A DNA stretch of 64,000 bases from an uncultured delta proteobacterium (GCA_963806225.1 CAWDXG010000004.1:4352001-4416000); one strand, 5' to 3'. Shown: positions 49,182 through 61,438, counted from the stretch's first letter. Notes: a model not told the origin generated them from the letters alone. Made by a program: numbers and translations.

Positions 49182-51299
49182 ATGACAAGCCCGCGTATCT
49201 GGCCGGGGCGCTCCACGCCGCTGGGCGCAACGTGGGACGGCGAGGGCGTGAACTTCGCGCTGTTCTCGGAGCATGCGACGCGCGTGGAGCTGTGCCTCTT
49301 TGCCCGCGACGACCCGGCGCGCGAGACACTGCGCGTGCCGCTCAAGGAACGCACGAATCGCATCTGGCACGCCTATCTACCCGATGTCCGGCCCGCGCAG
49401 CTGTACGGCTATCGCGTGCACGGCCCCTACAATCCCGCGGAAGGGCATCGCTTCAATCCGCACAAGTTGCTGCTGGATCCCTACGCCAAGGCCATCGACG
49501 GCACCGTGGACTGGGCGGACGCGATGTTCGGCTACCGCATCGGCGATTCCGAGGAGGACCTGTCGCTCAGTGACGAGGACAGCGCGGCGTTCATTCCGAA
49601 GTCGGTGGTCGTCGACACCGCGTTCACCTGGGGCGATGACCGCCCGCCGAAGACGCCGTGGAGCCAGTCGGTGATCTACGAGTGTCACGTGAAGGGCATG
49701 ACGGCGCGGCACCCCGATGTTCCGGAGGAGCTACGCGGAAAGTACCTGGGCCTGGCCTCCGACGCGATCCTCGATCACCTGGTCGACCTCGGCGTGACGG
49801 CGGTGGAGCTCCTGCCGGTGCATCACTTCGTCACCGACCGACGGCTCAGGGACATGGGGCTTGTGAACTACTGGGGCTACGCGACGATCGGCTTCTTCGC
49901 TCCCGACCCGCGCTACGCGACCGGCTCGCTCGGCCAACAGGTCAACGAATTCAAGACCATGGTCAAGGCCCTCCACCGCGTCGGCATCGAGGTCATCCTG
50001 GACGTGGTCTACAACCACACGGGAGAGGGGAACCACATGGGGCCGACGCTATGTTTCCGTGGTGTCGACAACGCCTCGTACTATCGCCTGGTCAGCGGCG
50101 ACCTGCGCCACTACTTCGACTTCACCGGCTGTGGCAACAGCCTGGGCGTGCTTCATCCGCGCGCGCTGCAGCTCGTGCTCGACAGCCTGCGCTACTGGGT
50201 GCAGGAGATGCACGTCGACGGTTTCCGTTTCGACCTGGCGCCTACGCTGGCGCGCGATCCACTGGAGTTCCACGGCTTCGCGCGCTTCTTTGCCACCGTG
50301 CAGCAGGACCCGGTGCTCTCCGGGGTCAAGCTCATCGCGGAACCGTGGGATCTCGGTCCGGGAGGCTACCGTCTCGGCGCTTTCCCTCCGGGTTGGGCGG
50401 AATGGAACGGGCGCTACCGCGACACCGTGCGGCGCTTCTGGCGCGGAGACGAAGGGCAGGTTCCGGAGCTGGCATCGAGGCTTTCCGGCTCGAGCGACAT
50501 CTTCCAGCCGAGCGATCGCGGCCCGTACTCCAGCGTCAACTTCGTCGCCTGCCACGACGGCTACACGCTTCGCGATCTGGTGAGCTACGAGGGCAAGCAC
50601 AACGAGGCGAACGGCGAAGACAACCGCGACGGTGCCGACGACAACTGGAGCCGCAACTGGGGCACCGAGGGCGAGACCGACGACGTTGCCGTGCAGCGGC
50701 TGCGTGACAGGATGGTCAAGAACTTCATCGCTACCCTGGCGTTCTCTCAGGGCGTGCCGATGATGTCACACGGCGACGAGATCGGCCGCACGCAGGACGG
50801 CAACAACAACGCCTACTGCCAGGACAGCGAGCTCGCGTGGATCGACTGGGACCTCGACGATCGGCGGCGTGAGCTGCTCGAGTTCACGCGCGAGGTATTC
50901 CGGATCCAGCGCATGAATCCGGTGTTCCGCCGGCGGCGTTACTTCGCCGGGGATCCGGTCGAGAGCGGCGGCATCAAGGATGTGCAGTGGCTCAGGACCA
51001 ACGGCACCGAGATGAGCATGGACGACTGGAGCCATTCGAAGAACCGCGTCCTGGGCATGCTCATCCACGGTGACGCGTCCGACGAGATCGACGAGCGGGG
51101 CCGCCCCAACCTGGGACAGACGCTGCTCCTCGTCTTGAACGCCAGCAATCGCGCACGCCACTTCGCATTGCCGGATCTGCCGGAAAGGGGCTTCTGGCAG
51201 GAGATCGTCAACACCGCCCACGCCGGCAGACGGCCGCCGAAAGGCAAGGGCATCAACGTGGCGCCGCATTCGCTGGTGCTGCTCTGCTATCAGACCTGA
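49182..51299 (+). CDS. glgX: Glycogen debranching enzyme
   Basis: PLGATWDGEGVNFALFS, NYWGY, DVVYNHTGEG, DGFRFDLA, IAEPWD, CHDGYTL, GNNNAYCQD. Confidence 0.96.
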   Translation: MTSPRIWPGRSTPLGATWDGEGVNFALFSEHATRVELCLFARDDPARETLRVPLKERTNRIWHAYLPDVRPAQLYGYRVHGPYNPAEGHRFNPHKLLLDPYAKAIDGTVDWADAMFGYRIGDSEEDLSLSDEDSAAFIPKSVVVDTAFTWGDDRPPKTPWSQSVIYECHVKGMTARHPDVPEELRGKYLGLASDAILDHLVDLGVTAVELLPVHHFVTDRRLRDMGLVNYWGYATIGFFAPDPRYATGSLGQQVNEFKTMVKALHRVGIEVILDVVYNHTGEGNHMGPTLCFRGVDNASYYRLVSGDLRHYFDFTGCGNSLGVLHPRALQLVLDSLRYWVQEMHVDGFRFDLAPTLARDPLEFHGFARFFATVQQDPVLSGVKLIAEPWDLGPGGYRLGAFPPGWAEWNGRYRDTVRRFWRGDEGQVPELASRLSGSSDIFQPSDRGPYSSVNFVACHDGYTLRDLVSYEGKHNEANGEDNRDGADDNWSRNWGTEGETDDVAVQRLRDRMVKNFIATLAFSQGVPMMSHGDEIGRTQDGNNNAYCQDSELAWIDWDLDDRRRELLEFTREVFRIQRMNPVFRRRRYFAGDPVESGGIKDVQWLRTNGTEMSMDDWSHSKNRVLGMLIHGDASDEIDERGRPNLGQTLLLVLNASNRARHFALPDLPERGFWQEIVNTAHAGRRPPKGKGINVAPHSLVLLCYQT

Positions 51300-51429
51300 A
51301 GACAGCAGGTCTTTTCCCTGGATCCGTCGGCAGCCGGCGTTCGAGGGGGTTGAACTCCCGGAGTCGATGGTCAAGCTGGATCGGATGCGGAAGGCCGGGA
51401 GGCCGGCGACGCACCAGAAGAGGATATTC

Positions 51430-53689
51430 ATGAATCGACGCAACGCGGAAGTCGACGCAGGCACGCTCGCCGGGGATCCGGCCGCGATCCAGCGCGTCCA
51501 GGCTGGGAACCATCACGACCCGCACAACGTGCTGGGCGCGCACCCAGCACGTTCCGGTGGGCGGGACGGAACGATCATCCGCGCCTACCACCCCGACGCG
51601 AAGCAGGTCGAGTGCCTGATCGACGGCTCGAGCGCGACCATGCAGTCGCTCGGAGGAGGCATCTTCGCGCTGTTCGTGCCCGACCGTCAGCCACCGCTGT
51701 CCTACCGCCTGCGGTTTTCCTTCGACAACGGCGAGACCTGGGAGCGCGACGACCCCTATCGCTTCCAGCCGAGCGTGGGCGAGATGGATCTGTACCTGTT
51801 CGGCGAGGGCAACCACCGCCGGCTGTGGGAAGCCCTGGGCGCGCGGATGTGCACGCTGGACGGCGTCGAGGGAGTCTCGTTTGCGGTCTGGGCGCCCAAC
51901 GCCCGGCGCGTGAGCGTTGTCGGGGATTTCAACGGCTGGGACGGCCGGCTGATGCCGATGCGCTCGCTCGGCAGCTCCGGCGTGTTCGAGCTGTTCGTTC
52001 CCGGTGTCCGCATCGGAGAGCTGTACAAGTACGAGCTCAAGACACAGGAGGGCGCCCTACGCGTCAAGACCGACCCCATGGCGAAAGCCATGGAGCTGCC
52101 GCCGGGGACCGCGTCGTGCATCACGGCCTCGAGCTTCGAGTGGGGCGACGAAGCCTACCTGGAGGCGCGAGCCCAGAAGGACATCACGCGCGAGCCCGTG
52201 AACGTCTACGAGTGCCATCTGGGGTCGTGGATGCGTGTTCAGGAGGAGGGCAACCGCTCGCTCGACTATCGCGAGATCGCTCCGCGTCTGGTTGACCACG
52301 TGAAGAGGCTCGGCTTCACCCATATCGAGTTCCTGCCGCTGGCGGAGCATGCGTTCTTCGCGTCGTGGGGTTACCAGGTCACGGGCTACTACGCTCCGAG
52401 CGCGCGCTACGGCAATCCGGACGATCTGCGCTATCTCATCGACTACTGCCACCGGCACGATATCGGCGTCATCATGGACTGGGTGCCCGCGCACTTCCCG
52501 AAGGATGATTTCGCGCTGCGGCGTTTCGACGGGACTGCCCTGTACGAGCACGACGATCCCCGACGCGGCGAGCATCCGGACTGGGGCACCCTCATCTTCA
52601 ACTACGGCCGCCCCGAGGTGCAGAATTTCCTCGTCGCGAACGCGCTCTACTGGCTCCAGGAGTTCCACATCGACGGGCTTCGCGTCGATGCCGTCGCCTC
52701 GATGCTGTACCTCGACTACAGCCGCAAGGAAGGCGAATGGATGCCCAACCCCTACGGCGGTCGCGAGAACATCGAAGCCATCGAATTCTTGCGCGCGACC
52801 AACCACATCATCGGCGAGGAAGTACCGGGCGCATTCACCGTCGCCGAGGAGTCCACGTCCTGGCCCGGCGTCACGCGATTCGGCGTCGACCGGGGGGCTC
52901 GGCTTCACGTTCAAATGGAACATGGGCTGGATGCACGACACGCTCTAGTACTTCAGCCAGGATCCGGTGCACCGCAAGTACCATCAGGACGAGCTGACGT
53001 TCTCGATGCTGTACGAGTATACCGAGCGGTTCATCAACGCGATTTCCCACGACGAGGTCGTGCACGGGAAGCGCTCGCTGCTCGACAAGATGCCGGGCGA
53101 CCAGTGGCAGAAGTTCGCCAACTTGCGCCTGCTGCTCGCCTACCAGTACACGCGGCCCGGCAAGCAGCTCGATGTTCATGGGGACCGAGCTCGGCGCCGT
53201 GGCTCGAGTGGAATCACGACGCGAGCCTCGACTGGCACCTGGCCGACAGTCCCGACCGGAAGGCGCTCGACGCGTATCGTGCAGGAGCTCGGCGTCATGT
53301 ACCACGAGCTCTCGTGCCTATGGCGCGGCGACCCGGACGCCTTCGGCTTCCAATGGATAGACTGCAGCGACCGGGAAAACTCCGTGATGTCCTTCGTGCG
53401 ACGCTACGACGGCGAGCTGGCGTTGTGGTGCTCAACCTGACGCCGGTGCCGCAGGGAGGACTACCGCATCGGCGCGCCTGTTCCGGGGCGCTACGTCGAA
53501 CGGCTCTCGACCGACGACGTGCGCTTCGGCGGCAGCCAGTTCGAGACGCTGCCGACGGTCGACACCGAACCCACGCCCATGCACGGGCGGGAGCAGTCGT
53601 TGCGGCTGAGGCTCCCGCCGCTGGGAGCGCTCGTGCTCGTCCCTGCTAGCGGCGACGCCGCCGCCACCCCAGACCCATCAAGAGCATGA
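51430..53689 (+). CDS. glgB: 1,4-alpha-glucan branching enzyme; several frameshifts and one in-frame TAG in the 3' third (error or pseudogene)
   Basis: FAVWAPNA, SWGYQVTGYY, DWVPAHFP, DGLRVDAVASMLY, AEEST. Continues in other frames: [51 protein letters not shown]. Confidence 0.92.
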
Positions 53690-56600
53690 GCGACGTGAAC
53701 GCCGCGCCGGCGGGGTTCGTGGTTTCCGCACCGACGCGGCAACCCGAGCAGCCCCCCGTCGGCTCGTAGACTGGTGTCGAGGCCACGGGCGCCGCCGGCA
53801 GTGCTATGTCGACCTTGGCCTGGTTGTCGTCCAGCGTAGTCTCGCAGGCGCGCGTCGAGGTAGCCTTCACCTGGAGCTCCGCCTGGCTCGAGCCCTGCTC
53901 GGGCGCCTTCGCGTCGAGCTTCACGTTGATCGTCTCGCCGGCCTTCATCGTCGCGAAGTCGCAGGAAAGACCGGGAGCCACCGTGCAGCTGCCGCTGACT
54001 GGGGGTGGCGGAAAGCAGCGTCGCTCCGGTCACGCTTCCGGTGAGCGTTACCCCGGCCCGTTCGGTCTTGCTGCTATTGACGAGCTTGGCTTCGAGGGCG
54101 ATGTGGCTGCCGGGGCTCGCTTCCGCCGGGCCCGAAGCGACGAGCTCGAGGTTGCCGCTCTCCAGCCCCGCGACCTGCTTGGCCAGATTCACGCGCTCCC
54201 AGCGCTGGCCCTGCACGTTCATGTGATGCAGGAGCAGCACCTGGGGCAGATCTTTCGCGGCGGTCTTGCCGGTATGCACCACCACCGGGTCGCCGTCCTT
54301 GTAGATCGGCTGCCCGTCGATCCCGCCCTGGGCCGTGTCGATCCACGGGTGCAGCGCATCGTAGTCGATCCACTTGGTCTGCTGCCCCGACGGCACAAGC
54401 GTTTCCGACTGGGTCAGCCCCGAGTATTCGAAGTGGGCGTTGCTCGCGTCCAGCCCGATCGAGTGCAGGAACGTGGACAACACCAGCACGCTGTTGTCGA
54501 ACGGCGCGGTGCGCAGCGTGTCCGCCCCCACCATGTTCACGAACCGTACCGAGTCGGTCGCCTGCTGTGTCGAGAGGTCGTAGGTGGTCGCGGCCAGCAC
54601 GTCGGCGTAGGGCCCATCGCGCGTCAGCGGCGAGACCGCGATCTCGTAGTCTGCCTTCTTGTCGAAGTTGGTGTCGATGAGCACCGCGACGCGGCTCAGC
54701 TGTCCGAGCGCCGGGGTCGTCCACTGTCCGGCAATGGCCACGCCGAAGTAGACGGAAGCATCCGCGGGGGCCTTGGTTGCGGTGTCCGTGGCGGCGCCGA
54801 TCGCGACCAGGTCGAGCAGGGCCTCGGCGTCGGTCTCGCCGGTTTTCGGCTGGTGCCAGTCGCCCAGTTGGAAAGCCGTCACCACCGGGTCGGGATAGGC
54901 CGAGCTGCCCTCGATCGGGATCTGCAGGATCTTGTCGGAGCCCGCGGCGGGCGCGCAGCCCGTGAGCGAACCCGCCTGCTGGTCGGCCGCGCCGCGCACC
55001 ACCGCCTCGTACGGCACGCGCACGGTCTCGGCGCCCTGGTTCTGGTCGGTGAAGACCACGTGTCCGCTGGCCTCGTTGAGGAACTGGCGGGGCTCGTCGC
55101 CGTTGTTGCCCAGCGATATCGTCGGCGGGGTCTCCGGGTCCGGGCCGGGCGCGCCCAGCGCTTGCGGGTCCACGGTGAGCGTTAGCGTCGCTTTCGCAGT
55201 CGCCCCGGCCGCCAGCGTGAAGGTCTTGGGTTGGACGTCGGTCGTGACGCCGGGCAGCGCATAGCCGACGGCGATCGACGCCTGGTAGTCGACCGGCGAG
55301 TTGCTGTGGTTCTCGAGTGTGATCTCGCGGGTGTCGGTGTACGGCTTGTCCGTGATCACGGCGCCGAAGGACAGCCCTACGGAGCCGTTCGTCGAGGTTC
55401 CTGCTGCGGTCACGTGCTCTTCCACGGCGCGATCGACGCGGATAAGCCCCGCGCCCTGCATCGAGATCGGATAGCCGTTGCCCGACAGATCGTCGATCGG
55501 CGCCGCGCTGTTCATCAGCGCCGCTTTGACGCCGGCAGGCGAGAGACCGGGCCGGGCCTGCCGCACGAGCGCCGCCGCCCCCGTGACCATCGGCGATGCC
55601 ATCGACGTGCCGGACATGTTGCGCGAGTCGGAGCCGGTTCCAACGCCCGCGCTCTTGATCTGGAGACCCGGTGCGCTGACTTCGGGCTTCAGCAGATTGT
55701 CGCTCGAGCTCGGTCCGCGCGAGCTGAAGGACGCCAGGGTCTCGCTGCCGGGGCCCGTGTATCTGTGGCCGGCGTCGAGGGTGACGGTCACGCCCTGGCT
55801 GAGGGCTGCCAGGATGGGCGCGCCATCGGTCTTGCGGATCAGCACGCCGGGGATGGACACCGAGGACTGCTGGGCGCCTCCCATGGTCATCGGTTGGGCT
55901 GCGTCGACGTTGTCGATGACCACGCCGGCGACGGCGCCAGCGGCAACGGCCCTGTTGAACTTGTCGAGGAACGGACAGGTGCCGCGATCGATGAGCGCGA
56001 TGTGGCCCTTGAGCGCCGCGGCGTTCGTGAGCGTTGCGCAGGCGTCGTGCGGCTCTGCGTAGACGAGTGTTCCGGTGATCGGACCAGTCTTCGACAGCCG
56101 CGTCGTGAACCTGCCTTCCGCTGCGGCCACGTCGCCCTGGATCGAGGTCGGCGCGTCGATGGTCATGGCCAGCAGATTCGGCGGACGCGCTGGCCGCGAC
56201 GGAGAGCGCTTCGGGGTACACCCCGGGCGAGCCCGCCGAGTAGAACGCCGAGCCGTCGTTGCCGGCCGCCACCACCAAGAGCGTGCCGACCTTCGTGAGA
56301 TTCTTGATCACGTCCGCTTCGGCGGGCGAGCCGAGGCCGTAGGAGGTGCCGAGCGATGCGTTCACCACATCGAGGTGGTCGCTGAAGTCGCCGTTCTGGT
56401 CGGGATCCGACGCGCGCTCCAGCGCCGCGGCGAGCTGGTCGGTGGAGCCCGTGCAGCCGAAGATCTTGAGCGCGTACAGCTGGGCCTCGGGCGCTACGCC
56501 CGGGAATACCTTGAACGCCGACGGGTCGAGGCTCGCGTCGTAGGGGCCGGTGTAGGCCTTTCCGTTCGTGAGCACGCCGTTGCCCGCCGCGATACCCGTG

Positions 56601-57367
56601 ACGTGAGTGCCGTGGCCGCCGACTGATCTCCTGGCCCTGGCTCACGGCGTGATCGCAATCGAGCGGATCCGGATCCGGCTTGGGGATCGCCGTCGACGCG
56701 TTCGACGCGTCGTAGGTGTCGCCGACGAAATCCCAACCTCCGACCACGCGGGCCGTGGGGAACGTGCCCGGCTCGATCACGTTCGGATCGTTCTGCTGGT
56801 ACGCGGCGACAGTGCCCGGACCGCCGAAGTCGGCATGCGTGTAGTCGATGCCGGAATCGACGATGCCGATGCGGACGCCCTGTCCCCTTATCGGCGTGGA
56901 AAGCTGCCAGACCTGGGGTGCGCCGATCAACGGAACGGCCTGGCCCAGAGCGGGGGTGACCACCGTGACTGGATCGACCCGGACGACTCCCGGCAGCTTT
57001 TCGAGGTCGCCGATGCGACGGGGATCGACACGGACCTGGATCGCATTGACGAGGCGTTCGAGATCGGCGGTGACGACGGCACCGGTCGCCTCGATTGCCG
57101 GTCTCAGCGCGGCGTGCTCGGCCGACAGCCGGCGCAGGCGTGCGCGTACTGCAGAGCGTGTCGCCGTCGACACGGCACCGCTGGTCGGGAGCAGATCCGC
57201 GGCCGCTGGACCGTCGAGCACCACGTAGACCGGGACGCTGTCGCTCGAGCCGGTCAGCCGCGAGGAGTCGACGGCAGTCCGCTTCGACGGCACGCGTCCG
57301 GGGAGCTACACGAGAGTGGAGCCAGACAGGCTGCCAGGACGAGCCAGGATGATAGGGCGCGTCTCAC
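53646..57367 (-). CDS. S8 (subtilisin-like) serine protease with I9 prodomain, PA domain and MYXO-CTERM tail; split by about 4 frameshifts
   Basis: Signal MRRALSSWLVLAACLAPLSC (GTG 57367). GIVDSGIDY (Asp), GHGTHVTG (His), VAAGNDG, PA domain (IALIDRGTC), SGTSMASP (Ser); tail GGCSGCRVG...LMGLGWRRRRR. Confidence 0.88.
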
Positions 57368-57514
57368 CCCACTTCGATAGGACCTCGTCGCCTGCGAGCA
57401 AAGCAAAACCGCCCGGCAAGCAGCCCAGGTCCACTGCTGTGGGAAAAGCGCAGCCGGGACGGAACGCCGGCAGGTCGCAAAGGAGCTCGCGAGGCGCTAT
57501 CTTCCGTCCCCCCC

Positions 57515-58249
57515 ATGGTCGATGCAGCAACGCGCGACAGCGAGGCTCCCGGCAGAGCGGCTGGTGCCGCGGAGAGTGCCGCGAACGGCAGTCCCAACCA
57601 CGGCAGCTATCTCGAAGACGCGCCGCTAGCGGTGCGCTGGTTCGAGGGCGAGCGTCTGCGTGCCATCCGCGAGATGGCAGCGGAGGACCCGGGCCACCGC
57701 ATCCTGGAGATAGGCGGCGGCACCGGTCACGTGCTCCGGATGTTCCGCCGCTCGCGGCTCACGCTCGTAGACGAATCCAGCGAGAACATCGAAGCCGCGC
57801 GCCGCACTCTCGACGGCTACGACGTCGACTTCCATGTCGGCCCGGTTGCAGAGCTGGGACTCCCCGCCGGCGTGTTCGACCGCGTGATCTGCACGCAGGT
57901 CCTCGAGCACACCGCCGATCCGGCGCGCGTGCTCGACGAGATCGCGCGTCTGCTGGCACCCGGTGGGCGCGCCATCGTCACGGCGGGCAACGCGCCGCTG
58001 AGCCTCGGGGTGAAGCGCTTCCTGCGCTATTCACCCGCGCGCTGGGCCGTTGGAAGCCGCGTCGACCCCGAGGCGGGGCCGCAGAAGCTGCATCACTGGA
58101 CCGCCGACGAGTTCCGGAGGCTGCTGCTCGAGCGTTTCCGCATCGAGCAGCAGCGCGCGATTCCGTTCGCCTGGCTGCCGCTCAGGGTTTCCTACCTGTG
58201 CCGCGTGCGTGAGCCCGGCCTGCGCGCGCGCGGCCGCATCGAATCCTGA
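57515..58249 (+). CDS. Class I SAM-dependent methyltransferase
   Basis: ILEIGGGTG, FDRVICTQVLEH, LLAPGG. Confidence 0.85.
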   Translation: MVDAATRDSEAPGRAAGAAESAANGSPNHGSYLEDAPLAVRWFEGERLRAIREMAAEDPGHRILEIGGGTGHVLRMFRRSRLTLVDESSENIEAARRTLDGYDVDFHVGPVAELGLPAGVFDRVICTQVLEHTADPARVLDEIARLLAPGGRAIVTAGNAPLSLGVKRFLRYSPARWAVGSRVDPEAGPQKLHHWTADEFRRLLLERFRIEQQRAIPFAWLPLRVSYLCRVREPGLRARGRIES

Positions 58250-58256
58250 CGCCGCG

Positions 58257-58694
58257 CTAGCGCTTCTTGAACGTTCCGAGCAGCGTTGCCCAGATGCGCC
58301 AGGTGATCGGGATCTTCGCCTCGGCCTGGCTGCGCTCGAAGAACTTTTCCAGCGCCTGGATCTCGCCGGCGTCGAGCCAGATTCCGCAATCTTCCGGGCA
58401 CGCGTCGATGAGAATCTGCGAGCCGAAACCATACGGCCGCATGTCCATCTCCGTGCTGCAGCGGGGGCACTTGGCGGGGCCGGCGAGCTCCTGGTTCGCT
58501 GCGCCGAACATTTCCTTCAGCGAATCGGGTTGTTCGGCGAGGGCTTTTGCGTAGTCGTGCTCGGTGGCGGCCTGGATCTGCTCCAGCTCGCCCTTGTCGA
58601 GGAACATGCCGCCGCATCGCGGGCAGGCGTCCACCTCGATGTTGGCCTCGTAGATCTTCGCTTCGAGCTTGGCTCCGTCTCTGGGGCAATCCAT
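58257..58694 (-). CDS. Tandem zf-TFIIB zinc-ribbon protein
   Basis: Two repeats: CPRD...VDACPRCGGMFLDKGEL and CPRC...IDACPEDCGIWLDAGEI. Confidence 0.85.
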   Translation of the reverse strand: MDCPRDGAKLEAKIYEANIEVDACPRCGGMFLDKGELEQIQAATEHDYAKALAEQPDSLKEMFGAANQELAGPAKCPRCSTEMDMRPYGFGSQILIDACPEDCGIWLDAGEIQALEKFFERSQAEAKIPITWRIWATLLGTFKKR

Positions 58695-58760
58695 GATCGT
58701 GGGGCCGAGCATACACCGGGGACGCGGCCCGGCGCACGCCCTCGCGATCCCCGGGACCAG

Positions 58761-60083
58761 CTATGCGCTGGCGAGGGGCCTGCCCATGCCGCGGTAGATG
58801 AATCCAGCGTCGGTTGCGGCGCCGGGTACCAGCACGTTGCGCCCATCGAAGATGTGCCGCCCGCGCATCAGGCTCCGGAGGCGATCGAACTCGGGCGAGC
58901 GGTACTCGTTCCATTCCGTTGCCACCACCAGCGCATCGGCGCCCTCGCAAACCTCGTACTCGTTGGTCAGCAGCGCGACCCGATCGGCCACGCCCATGAC
59001 CTCGAGCCGGGCCTTCGCGGTCTCGAGCGCCTGCGGATCGGTGGCACGGATGACCGCGCCGCGTTGCACCAGCCCGGCGATCAGCTTCAGCGCTGCCGCC
59101 TCGCGCACGTCGTCGGTGCGTGGCTTGAACGCCAGGCCCCATACGGCGATGGTCTTGCCGGACACGCCGCCGAGATCATTTTCCATGTGACCCAGCAGCC
59201 GTTCGACCGGGTCCTCGTTCGCCACGATGGCCGCCTCGACTACGCGCAGCGGCACGCCGAGCTCCGACCCGGTACGGGCCAGGGCCCGCAGATCCTTCGG
59301 GAAGCAGCTGCCGCCGAAGCCCAGGCCCGGATACAGGAACTGGAACCCGATCCGTTCGTCGGAGCCGAGCGCCACACGCACCTGCTCCACGTCCCCGCCC
59401 GCCGTCTCGCAGAGTGCGGCGATCTCGTTCATGAACGAGATCTTCGTCGCCAGAAGCGCGTTCGCGGCGTACTTCACGATCTCGGCGCTCTTCGGGCTCA
59501 TGCGCTGCATCCGGTTCTGCTGGCGCGTGAAGGGAGCGTACAGGCGCGCGATCACCTTGAAGGCCTCGTCGTCCTCGGTGCCGACGACCACGCGGTCGGG
59601 CTTCAGGAAATCGTTGATCGCATCGCCTTCCTTCAGGAACTCCGGATTGCTGACGACGGAGATTCGATGCTTCGTGTGCCGCGCGACGACCTCGCGCACC
59701 CGCTCGTTGGTGCCCACCGGAACCGTGCTCTTCAGCACCAGCACCAGGTCGTGCTTGGCGGTCCGTGCGACGTCCTCGGCCACCTTGAGCACGTGCGAGA
59801 GATCGGCCGAGCCGTCTTCGCTGGGGGGAGTCCCCACAGCCACGAACACCGCCTGGCAGCCGTCGATCGATTCGGCCAGGTTCGAGCTGAACGCAAGGCG
59901 CGCCGGCCAGTTGCGCGTGAGGAGCTCCTCCAGCCGCGGCTCGAAGAAGGGCACCTGGCCCTTGCGCAGGCGCTCGAGCTTGGCCTCGTCCACGTCCACG
60001 CAGGTCACGTGCGTGCCCGCATCCGCAAAGCAGGTTGCAGCCACCAGTCCGACGTAGCCCGTTCCGACAATAGCGATTCTCAC
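58761..60083 (-). CDS. ugd: UDP-glucose 6-dehydrogenase
   Basis: GTGYVGL, KSTVPVGT, SNPEFLKEG, KYAANA, GFGGSCFPKD, GLAFKPRTDD. Confidence 0.95.
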   Translation of the reverse strand: MRIAIVGTGYVGLVAATCFADAGTHVTCVDVDEAKLERLRKGQVPFFEPRLEELLTRNWPARLAFSSNLAESIDGCQAVFVAVGTPPSEDGSADLSHVLKVAEDVARTAKHDLVLVLKSTVPVGTNERVREVVARHTKHRISVVSNPEFLKEGDAINDFLKPDRVVVGTEDDEAFKVIARLYAPFTRQQNRMQRMSPKSAEIVKYAANALLATKISFMNEIAALCETAGGDVEQVRVALGSDERIGFQFLYPGLGFGGSCFPKDLRALARTGSELGVPLRVVEAAIVANEDPVERLLGHMENDLGGVSGKTIAVWGLAFKPRTDDVREAAALKLIAGLVQRGAVIRATDPQALETAKARLEVMGVADRVALLTNEYEVCEGADALVVATEWNEYRSPEFDRLRSLMRGRHIFDGRNVLVPGAATDAGFIYRGMGRPLASA

Positions 60084-60187
60084 GGCCCAGCGGCGTAGCG
60101 CCGATCCGGCTGGGCGTCGACCCATGCCGGGCGCGTCCGGCCGGAAACGGGCCTCCCGCGTCCCGATCTGCAACACTCCGCGTTCGC

Positions 60188-61438
60188 GTGCCGGCCACCC
60201 CCAAAGCCCGCTCCGGCCTGTGGCGCCTGGCGCTGCTGGTGCTCGCAGCTCTCTCGTGGAGCTGTCGCTCGGAGAAGAAGCAGCGCCCAGCACGGCCGTC
60301 CGCGTCCGCCTCCGCCTCGGCTTCTCCGGGGCGACCGTCCACCCGGCCCCCGGCGCACCCACCCAGGCCCGTGGCCTCCGCCGCGGCCCCGCGCCGGGCC
60401 GACTCGATCGTGCTGCTGGCGGGAGGCGACGTGAACCTCGGGCGCGGCGCGGGCCAGCAAATCCTGAAGGACCCTTCGTACGACCCGCTTTCAGAGGTCG
60501 CGCCGCTGATGTCCACGGCCGACCTGCGTTTTGTCAATCTCGAGTCGCAGCTCAGCGATCAGCACGGCGAGACCCAATCGCCCTACGAACACCTGAAGTT
60601 CACCGGACCGCCCGGAGGCGCGGAGGTACTCGCTCACGCCGGTATCGATGTCGTTTCCATCGCGAACAACCACTGCTGGGACTACGGCAGGAAGGCGCTG
60701 TTCGAGACGATGGACAACCTCGACCGCGCGGGCGTGCGTTACGCGGGTGCGAGCCGGGTGCCCGGCCATCAGTACCAGCCGCTGATCCTGCACGTGAAAG
60801 GCTGGAAGATCGCCCTGTTCGCGGTTACCCAGATCTGGAACCAGCCGCCTTTCGACAAGCACCCCGGACGTTTCTACGTTGCCTGGGCCCGTTTCGATCG
60901 GCTCGAGAAGGCGCTCGCGCGCGCCCGTCGCGAGAGCGACCTGGTCCTGGTCAGCTATCACGGCGGCGGCGAGTACGTCGGCGTGCCGATGCAATGGACG
61001 CGCAGGTTCGTGCGCGCCGTGATGGACGCCGGCGCGGACGCCGTGATCGGCCACCATCCCCATGTGCCGCTCGGCGTGGGCTGGTTCGCCGGGCGCCCGG
61101 CGTTCTACAGCCTGGGCAACCTCGTGTTCGCGATGCACAGCGACTACCCGTGGACGGGCACGAGCTTTTTCGCGAAGATCCGCTTCTTCAAGGACGGGCG
61201 ACGCGAGGTCGAGGCGTGCCCGTATCACATCCTCGGGCACACCCCGATGTTCTTCGAAGGCAAGACGAAGGCGGCGCGCGAGCGCGTCTTCCGCCGCCAT
61301 CTGGAGCGACTGTCGGCAGCGACTGGCGGCACCACGGTTGGCCCTCCCGGGCGCTTCAGCTGCATGCCCCTTTCGCCGCGACCGAAGGGAACTGGACCCG
61401 GCGGTACGGCTCTGGCAGACAGGGACGCGGCCCGATGA
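60188..61438 (+). CDS. CapA/PGA_cap metallophosphoesterase-fold lipoprotein
   Basis: GGDVNLGR, VNLES, IANNHCWDYG, YHGGGEY, IGHHPHV, YSLGN. Confidence 0.9.
   Translation: MPATPKARSGLWRLALLVLAALSWSCRSEKKQRPARPSASASASASPGRPSTRPPAHPPRPVASAAAPRRADSIVLLAGGDVNLGRGAGQQILKDPSYDPLSEVAPLMSTADLRFVNLESQLSDQHGETQSPYEHLKFTGPPGGAEVLAHAGIDVVSIANNHCWDYGRKALFETMDNLDRAGVRYAGASRVPGHQYQPLILHVKGWKIALFAVTQIWNQPPFDKHPGRFYVAWARFDRLEKALARARRESDLVLVSYHGGGEYVGVPMQWTRRFVRAVMDAGADAVIGHHPHVPLGVGWFAGRPAFYSLGNLVFAMHSDYPWTGTSFFAKIRFFKDGRREVEACPYHILGHTPMFFEGKTKAARERVFRRHLERLSAATGGTTVGPPGRFSCMPLSPRPKGTGPGGTALADRDAAR

Noticed and set aside
52946..52948. Programmed amber read-through in glgB
   Set aside because: It sits among multiple indels, so sequence error or decay is the simpler explanation.
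57390..57500. c-di-GMP-I riboswitch-like fragments (GCAAAACC...GGGACGG)
   Set aside because: Spacing and stems do not fit the GEMM consensus.
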